Shown: positions 17,281 through 22,161 of the stretch, one piece after another | Position numbering within the stretch: position 1 is the first letter of the stretch | How the letters are laid out: each line of letters starts with the position of its first letter | NCBI GenBank assembly: GCA_045536565.1 | Contig: JAZSNU010000009.1 | Location: 1-22,161, forward strand | Reading direction: 5' to 3' | Source of the DNA: Clostridia bacterium | GTDB lineage: Bacteria > Bacillota > Clostridia > TANB77 > CAG-465 | Length of the DNA: 22,161 bases | Position numbers and translations under genes: made by a program | Notes under the pieces: model-generated | Told to the model about the DNA's origin: nothing | Seen by the model: the letters and a program-made list of their open reading frames with translations, nothing else | The model's database searches: none

Positions 17281-17706
17281 TATATATGCTATTGTAACGC
17301 CAAATCCACCTTCGTGATAATCTCCAAAGTTATATGAAGAAATAAAGGGGTGGTTATCTAAATATTCATGAACTGCACTTCGTATAATTCCTCCGTGTTT
17401 CCCGTGAATTATTTTGACTCTTGCAAGACCATTTGATATAGCCTTATCTATAAATTTATCTAATTCTTCCATTGCATCTAATTTGGTAAGATGTCTTAGC
17501 ATAATCTCAGAATAAATATCATTATCTGACATTTGTATAGATACTTTGTTATCTTTTTCTGGAATGTAATTGTCTATAAAATTTATATTATCTATATTTG
17601 TAACCATTTTTTTATTATTCATTATTAAATGTACTTTGTTTTTATCTACTTTTTCTATTTTCCAAATAAGTTTGGAATTGTTTAGTGTACAATATTTGTT
17701 TTGCAT
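17266..17706 (-). CDS. Stand-alone MutS2-type Smr-domain protein with a KOW-like N-terminus
   Basis: AMEELDKFIDKA..G..RVKIIHGKHGGIIRSAVHEYLDNHP...EGGFGVTI matches the MutS2 C-terminal Smr; RBS GGAG and extended -10 TGATATAAT upstream. Confidence 0.88.
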   Translation of the reverse strand: MQNKYCTLNNSKLIWKIEKVDKNKVHLIMNNKKMVTNIDNINFIDNYIPEKDNKVSIQMSDNDIYSEIMLRHLTKLDAMEELDKFIDKAISNGLARVKIIHGKHGGIIRSAVHEYLDNHPFISSYNFGDYHEGGFGVTIAYIKRYN

Positions 17707-17809
17707 TAGTACTCATCTCCATATAACTATTATATCAGAAAAATGCAAAAATATATACAGGTAACAGAAAACTTTGATAATATACGAACCATATTATGTA
17801 ATATGTGTA

Positions 17810-17838
17810 TTGAAAAAACATAATGAATATGGTATAAT
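17810..17838 (+). promoter_or_regulatory. Sigma-A promoter with extended -10
   Basis: TTGAAA-17 bp-TATAAT with TGn extension. Confidence 0.75.
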
Positions 17839-17889
17839 ATAATTAGGTTTTGTGATAAAAATATATTAATTAATATAGGAGGAAAGAAA

Positions 17890-18666
17890 ATGGCAAAGAA
17901 GCGGAAAAATGAGATGTATAATGAATTATATAAACTTACAACAATGGAAGTGTACGGTTATGTAGTAAATGGTATTATTCCAAGATTTCCACCAGGATTT
18001 GTTACGAAAGAAAATATGAAAACGATTATTCGGGAGGTTATATTAAATAAAGAAAAACTTACAAGAGAAGAAATTTGCAAAAATATAAGTTTTAAGTATT
18101 TGAAACAGTTTAAATTATCAGGCAGTAGTAAAGTATTTGACACAAACATATTTAAACTTGTAACTTATTGTTTTCCAGAACTTAAAATTAAATATTGGGA
18201 ACTTAATAAAGTAGAAGATGGTTTTTGGATGCAAGAAAATAACAGAAAAGAATATATGGAATGGCTTATACAAAAGGAAAATATAGACCCATATAAAATC
18301 TCTGATTTGAGAAAAATAACAGCTTCACTAATTGATAAAAATCATGGTAGAAGAGCGAGAGAATATGGTGTATATAGTTTAATTTTACTTGTAGCAAAAG
18401 TAGAGGTAAAAGAATGGCAAGTTGTTAACATTCCGCATTGGACAGAAGATAAAGCAATAGTTGCTATTAAATGGTTAATCGAAGAAAAACTCAAATGGTC
18501 ATTGGAAGAGGTTGCAGCGAAAATTACATCTAAAAATTTCTACGATTATGGTTTGGGTGGACTATATGCAAATTTTTTTAAGCACAGTATTATTAAAGCA
18601 CTTAATTTAGCATATCCTAAAAAGTTTAAGAAAATTAATAATTCAAAAATAATTGCACGGTCATAA
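17890..18666 (+). CDS. DUF4046-like helical-repeat protein
   Basis: VY..V.NG..PRFP.G, FPELKIKYWEL, and AIKWLIEEKLKW...F...GLGGL....F..S..KALNLAYP are typical of DUF4046; RBS AGGAGG. Confidence 0.75.
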   Translation: MAKKRKNEMYNELYKLTTMEVYGYVVNGIIPRFPPGFVTKENMKTIIREVILNKEKLTREEICKNISFKYLKQFKLSGSSKVFDTNIFKLVTYCFPELKIKYWELNKVEDGFWMQENNRKEYMEWLIQKENIDPYKISDLRKITASLIDKNHGRRAREYGVYSLILLVAKVEVKEWQVVNIPHWTEDKAIVAIKWLIEEKLKWSLEEVAAKITSKNFYDYGLGGLYANFFKHSIIKALNLAYPKKFKKINNSKIIARS

Positions 18667-18670
18667 TTTT

Positions 18671-18701
18671 AAGTCGGTAGTTTAAAAACTATCGACTTTT
18701 T
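18671..18701 (+). terminator. Intrinsic terminator
   Basis: AAGTCGGTAGTTT-AA-AAACTATCGACTT plus T-run. Confidence 0.82.
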
Positions 18702-18748
18702 ATGCATTGTATGTTAAAATTTAATAAGTAAAGAAAGGAAGAACTACT

Positions 18749-20554
18749 TTGGTTAATAAAGAAAGAATAAGAAATTTTAGTATAATAGCACATATAGACC
18801 ATGGGAAATCTACGCTTGCTGATAGATTATTGCAACTTACTGGTGCAATAGAAGTTAGAGATTTAAAAGAACAAGTACTAGATAATATGGATATAGAGCG
18901 TGAAAGAGGAATAACAATAAAATCACAAGCGGTTAGAATGAAATATACAGCAAAAGATGGAAATGAGTATATATTAAATCTAATTGATACGCCAGGACAT
19001 GTTGATTTTAACTATGAAGTATCTAGAAGTTTAGCAGCGTGTGAAGGAGCAATACTTGTAGTAGATGCAGCGCAAGGGGTAGAGGCTCAAACACTTGCAA
19101 ATGTCTATTTGGCACTAGATAATGATTTAGAAATTATTCCAGTTATAAATAAAATAGATTTACCTGCTGCAAGACCAGATGAGGTAAAGGAAGAAATAGA
19201 AAATATAATAGGGATAGAAGCAATGGATGCACCATGTGTGTCTGCTAAAAATGGAATAAATGTAGAAAGTATATTAGAAGAAATAGTAAAAAAAGTACCT
19301 GCTCCGATAGGGGATGTTAATCTTCCTACAAAGGCTTTAATTTTTGATTCTATATATGATAATTATAAAGGGGCAGTTGCTCATGTTAGAATAAAAGATG
19401 GTAAGATAGTAAAAGGCGATAAGATTACAACAATGTCCAATGGTGCAACATATGAAGTTGTTGAAATAGGACACTTTAAAGTTGGTGGTTATGAACCATG
19501 TGACTCATTAGAAGCTGGTGAAGTAGGATATATAGCAGCAAGTATAAAAAATGTTTCGGATATTAGAGTAGGTGACACTATAACTTTAAAGGATAATTCA
19601 GCAGATGTTCCATTAGAAGGATATAAAGAAGTAAAATCTATGGTTTATGCTGGTATATTCCCAGCAGATGGCAGTGATTATGAAGAATTAAAAGAAGCAT
19701 TACTTAAATTAAAACTAAACGATGCATCATTAAATTATGAACTTGAAACATCGGCTGCATTAGGACATGGATTTAGATGTGGATTCTTAGGATTATTGCA
19801 TATGGAAATAATTCAAGAGAGAATAGAAAGAGAATATAACTTAAACATTATTACGACTGCTCCAAGTGTTATATATAAAGTGTATAAGACAAATGGAGAA
19901 GAGATAGAGTTATATAATCCAGCAGACTTACCTAGTATGCAAGAAGTAGATAGAATAGAAGAGCCAATAGCAAAATCAGATATTATTGTTCCTAAAGAAT
20001 TTGTTGGGAATGTAATGGAACTTGCGCAGGAAAGAAGAGGTAAGTTCATTAACATGAAGTACATTGATAATACAAGAGTAAGTTTAGAGTATGAAATACC
20101 ATTAAATGAAATAATATATGATTTCTTTAATAGTCTAAAATCAAGAAGTAAAGGTTATGCTTCATTTGATTATGAAATAAATCATTACGAAAAATCACAA
20201 CTTGTAAAACTAGATATATTATTAAACGGTAGTGTAGTAGATGCTCTTTCATTTATCGTACATAGAAGTAAAGCAGAAACGAGAGGAAGGAAGATAGCAG
20301 AAAAATTAAAAGAGATTATCCCAAGGCAATTATTTGAAATACCTATTCAAGCAGCAATAGGCGGAAAAGTAGTTGCAAGAGAAACAGTTAAAGCATTAAG
20401 AAAAGATGTCTTAGCAAAATGTTATGGTGGAGATATATCAAGAAAGAAAAAACTTCTTGAAAAACAAAAAGAAGGTAAAAAGAGAATGAGACAAGTTGGA
20501 AATGTAGAACTTCCACAAGATGCTTTCATGACAGCACTTAAAGTAGATGAATAA
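18749..20554 (+). CDS. lepA: Elongation factor 4
   Basis: [51 protein letters not shown] and [24 protein letters not shown]; TTG start after AAGGAAG. Confidence 0.98.
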   Translation: MVNKERIRNFSIIAHIDHGKSTLADRLLQLTGAIEVRDLKEQVLDNMDIERERGITIKSQAVRMKYTAKDGNEYILNLIDTPGHVDFNYEVSRSLAACEGAILVVDAAQGVEAQTLANVYLALDNDLEIIPVINKIDLPAARPDEVKEEIENIIGIEAMDAPCVSAKNGINVESILEEIVKKVPAPIGDVNLPTKALIFDSIYDNYKGAVAHVRIKDGKIVKGDKITTMSNGATYEVVEIGHFKVGGYEPCDSLEAGEVGYIAASIKNVSDIRVGDTITLKDNSADVPLEGYKEVKSMVYAGIFPADGSDYEELKEALLKLKLNDASLNYELETSAALGHGFRCGFLGLLHMEIIQERIEREYNLNIITTAPSVIYKVYKTNGEEIELYNPADLPSMQEVDRIEEPIAKSDIIVPKEFVGNVMELAQERRGKFINMKYIDNTRVSLEYEIPLNEIIYDFFNSLKSRSKGYASFDYEINHYEKSQLVKLDILLNGSVVDALSFIVHRSKAETRGRKIAEKLKEIIPRQLFEIPIQAAIGGKVVARETVKALRKDVLAKCYGGDISRKKKLLEKQKEGKKRMRQVGNVELPQDAFMTALKVDE

Positions 20555-20555
20555 A

Positions 20556-20585
20556 AAACAAGCATCAGATTATTGATGCTTGTTT
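20556..20585. terminator. Bidirectional terminator between lepA and the convergent microprotein operon
   Basis: AAACAAGCATCA-GATTAT-TGATGCTTGTTT; the poly-A on the left gives a U-tail for the minus-strand transcript. Confidence 0.82.
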
Positions 20586-20757
20586 ATGTGTAAAGTTTTG
20601 TTCGTATAACAAATATAAGTAATGATGAAACAAAAAATACGATAATCCATGAAATAGGTATGTGCTTAGATTTTCCATCAGGCAGAAGACCTATTTGTAT
20701 AATGGTAGACAATGCCGCTCCTAATAGCAATGAGAGGATTATATTAAAAATTAACAT
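20584..20757 (-). CDS. Small membrane protein, 57 aa, two predicted TM helices (not in ORF track)
   Basis: Translated by hand: MLIFNIILSLLLGAALSTIIQIGLLPDGKSKHIPISWIIVFFVSSLLIFVIRTKLYT*; RBS GAAAGGAG 7 nt before ATG. Confidence 0.75.
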   Translation of the reverse strand: MLIFNIILSLLLGAALSTIIQIGLLPDGKSKHIPISWIIVFFVSSLLIFVIRTKLYT

Positions 20758-20772
20758 ATGTATACTCCTTTC

Positions 20773-20943
20773 TTATAATAACAATATTAATAGTGGTGAT
20801 AGGAAAGACATTATCGCTGAAAAGAAAATGAAGCATACTATTAGGAATAATACTCCCGTAAGTGCTTTGAAAAATAACTTTACTAAAAATATACTTAGTT
20901 TTATAGCTATGTAGATAAATAAAATTGATAATAGGATATTCAT
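20773..20943 (-). CDS. Small hydrophobic protein, 56 aa (not in ORF track)
   Basis: Translated by hand: MNILLSILFIYIAIKLSIFLVKLFFKALTGVLFLIVCFIFFSAIMSFLSPLLILLL*; RBS TAAGGAGG 7 nt before ATG. Confidence 0.78.
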   Translation of the reverse strand: MNILLSILFIYIAIKLSIFLVKLFFKALTGVLFLIVCFIFFSAIMSFLSPLLILLL

Positions 20944-20978
20944 ATTAATGCCTCCTTATATAATATAAATTTTGAATG

Positions 20979-21007
20979 ATTATATCATATAAAGAGGTAA
21001 ATGTAAA
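20979..21007 (-). promoter_or_regulatory. Sigma-A promoter of the microprotein operon
   Basis: Minus strand TTTACA-17 bp-TATAAT with TGn extension. Confidence 0.7.
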
Positions 21008-21024
21008 ATAAAGGAGAGATATAA

Positions 21025-21756
21025 ATGCCAATAATATATGGTAGAAATCCAGTAAAGGAATTAATATCGTCTGATAAAACGGTAAATAAAATATATATAC
21101 AAAAAGGATTAAAAGAACTATCAGAGATAAAAAAAGAAGCGATAAACAAAAAAATAGTAGTTGTGGATAGTGATAAATACAAATTAGATAAAATGTCAGA
21201 TAATAAACCACATCAAGGAATAATTGCATCGTTTACTGAATATAAATACTATGATGTGGAGGATATATTAGAATACGCAGCATCTAAAAATGAAGATCCG
21301 CTTGTTTTGATATTAGATAAGATAGAAGATCCTCAAAATTTAGGTGCGGTAATTAGAACTGCTGAATGTATGGGGGCTCATGGAATAGTTATAGCTAGAA
21401 GAAACGCATGTAGTATAACAGATACAGTTGAAAAAGTTGCAGCAGGTGCATGTTCATATATGAGGGTTGCAAGAGTTGCTAATATAACTGAAACAATAAA
21501 AAAATTAAAAGATAATGGATTATGGATATATGGACTAGATATGGATGGCAAATGTAATATATATGATTATGACTTAACAGGTAGCATAGGAATAGTAGTT
21601 GGCAATGAAGGAGAAGGTATGTCGCGACTAGTTAAAGAAAATTGTGATGAAGTTTTAAAAATACCTATGACAGGAAATATTAATTCTTTAAATGCATCAG
21701 CAAGTGCAGCTATGACTGTATATGAAGTATGTAGACAAAGGAATTTAAAAAAATAA
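21025..21756 (+). CDS. rlmB: 23S rRNA Gm2251 2'-O-methyltransferase (SpoU/TrmH family)
   Basis: IYGRNPVKE, HQGIIA, LDKIEDPQNLGAVIRTA, VGNEGEG and IPMTGNINSLNAS. Confidence 0.93.
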   Translation: MPIIYGRNPVKELISSDKTVNKIYIQKGLKELSEIKKEAINKKIVVVDSDKYKLDKMSDNKPHQGIIASFTEYKYYDVEDILEYAASKNEDPLVLILDKIEDPQNLGAVIRTAECMGAHGIVIARRNACSITDTVEKVAAGACSYMRVARVANITETIKKLKDNGLWIYGLDMDGKCNIYDYDLTGSIGIVVGNEGEGMSRLVKENCDEVLKIPMTGNINSLNASASAAMTVYEVCRQRNLKK

Positions 21757-21774
21757 ATTTTCCATTAAAAACCA

Positions 21775-21803
21775 TTGCACAAACCATAAGAATTTGTTAT
21801 AAT
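21775..21803 (+). promoter_or_regulatory. rRNA operon promoter P1
   Basis: TTGCAC-17 bp-TATAAT with TGn extension. Confidence 0.75.
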
Positions 21804-21914
21804 AAATATACAGGTTAAATGAGTGTAAGTATGTGAATTTTACATAATATAAAACATGGCGTAAACAGCTAAAAAAGAAATTTTGAAAAAAATTAAAAAA
21901 AATGTCAAAATTCA

Positions 21915-21943
21915 TTGACAAACCATTTTACCTGTGTTAAAAT
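21915..21943 (+). promoter_or_regulatory. rRNA operon promoter P2 with upstream A-tract UP element
   Basis: TTGACA-17 bp-TAAAAT with TGn extension; A-tracts at about 21870-21910. Confidence 0.85.
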
Positions 21944-21948
21944 CTATC

Positions 21949-21988
21949 TTGCTCACAGCGATGGAGAGCAAAAAGCACATTGAAAAAT
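21949..21988 (+). promoter_or_regulatory. rrn leader antitermination element (boxB-like hairpin plus boxA-like sequence)
   Basis: TTGCTC..GAGCAA stem followed by GCACATTGAAAA at the usual position after P2. Confidence 0.55.
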
Positions 21989-22082
21989 AAAGAGTAAGTA
22001 AAGCCAAGCGAGAGTTATGGTTAACATAACAAAACGTACTAAAACAAAGTAAAGAACGGTAGCGAAAGTTACTGAAAAAGAA

Positions 22083-22161
22083 TTTGAACAAGAGTTTGAT
22101 TCTGGCTCAGGATGAACGCTGGCGGCGCACTTAAGACATGCAAGTCGAACGGAAACTTGAT
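22083..22161 (+). rRNA. rrs: 16S rRNA, 5' end (runs off the window; 5' boundary approximate)
   Basis: AGAGTTTGATTCTGGCTCAGGATGAACGCTGGCGGC...ACATGCAAGTCGAAC starting at 22091. Confidence 0.98.

Noticed and set aside
20660-20914. 84-aa plus-strand ORF
   Set aside because: It is the antisense shadow of two minus-strand microproteins with much better signals and lies after the lepA terminator.
21879-21893. CodY-box-like AATTTTGAAAAAAAT (similar sequence near 1634-1648)
   Set aside because: Three mismatches to AATTTTCWGAAAATT in A-tract DNA; not distinguishable from background or a UP element.

Overview
An AT-rich chromosomal segment of an anaerobic low-GC Firmicute (Clostridia). The 16S 5' variant GGCGGCGCACTTAAGACATGC resembles uncultured gut lineages such as Clostridia UCG-014/TANB77; this is from recall and is not verified. 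Housekeeping content, in order: the 3' end of a short alanyl-tRNA synthetase or AlaX editing protein, a HIT hydrolase, a diacylglycerol kinase, three tRNAs (His-GTG, Gln-TTG, Gln-CTG), a NahK-like kinase, an M19 dipeptidase, a UgtP/MGDG glycosyltransferase, an Fe/Mn SOD, mtaB, a degenerate CapA-family protein, an apparent fba-[membrane Ig-like]-hydC-hydB-hydA-[membrane protein] operon encoding a trimeric bifurcating-type [FeFe]-hydrogenase, a stand-alone KOW+Smr protein, lepA, rlmB, and the promoters, leader and 5' end of an rRNA operon. Interleaved are self-contained accessory genes with their own consensus sigma-A promoters: a degenerate orphan Panacea/SocA (DUF4065) antitoxin-like gene, a 303-aa orphan, a 138-aa GxxGxGP orphan and a DUF4046 repeat protein. 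An operon of two ~56-aa membrane microproteins is missing from the ORF track. I saw no integrase, transposase or CRISPR array. All family calls come from motif recognition by eye, not from database searches.
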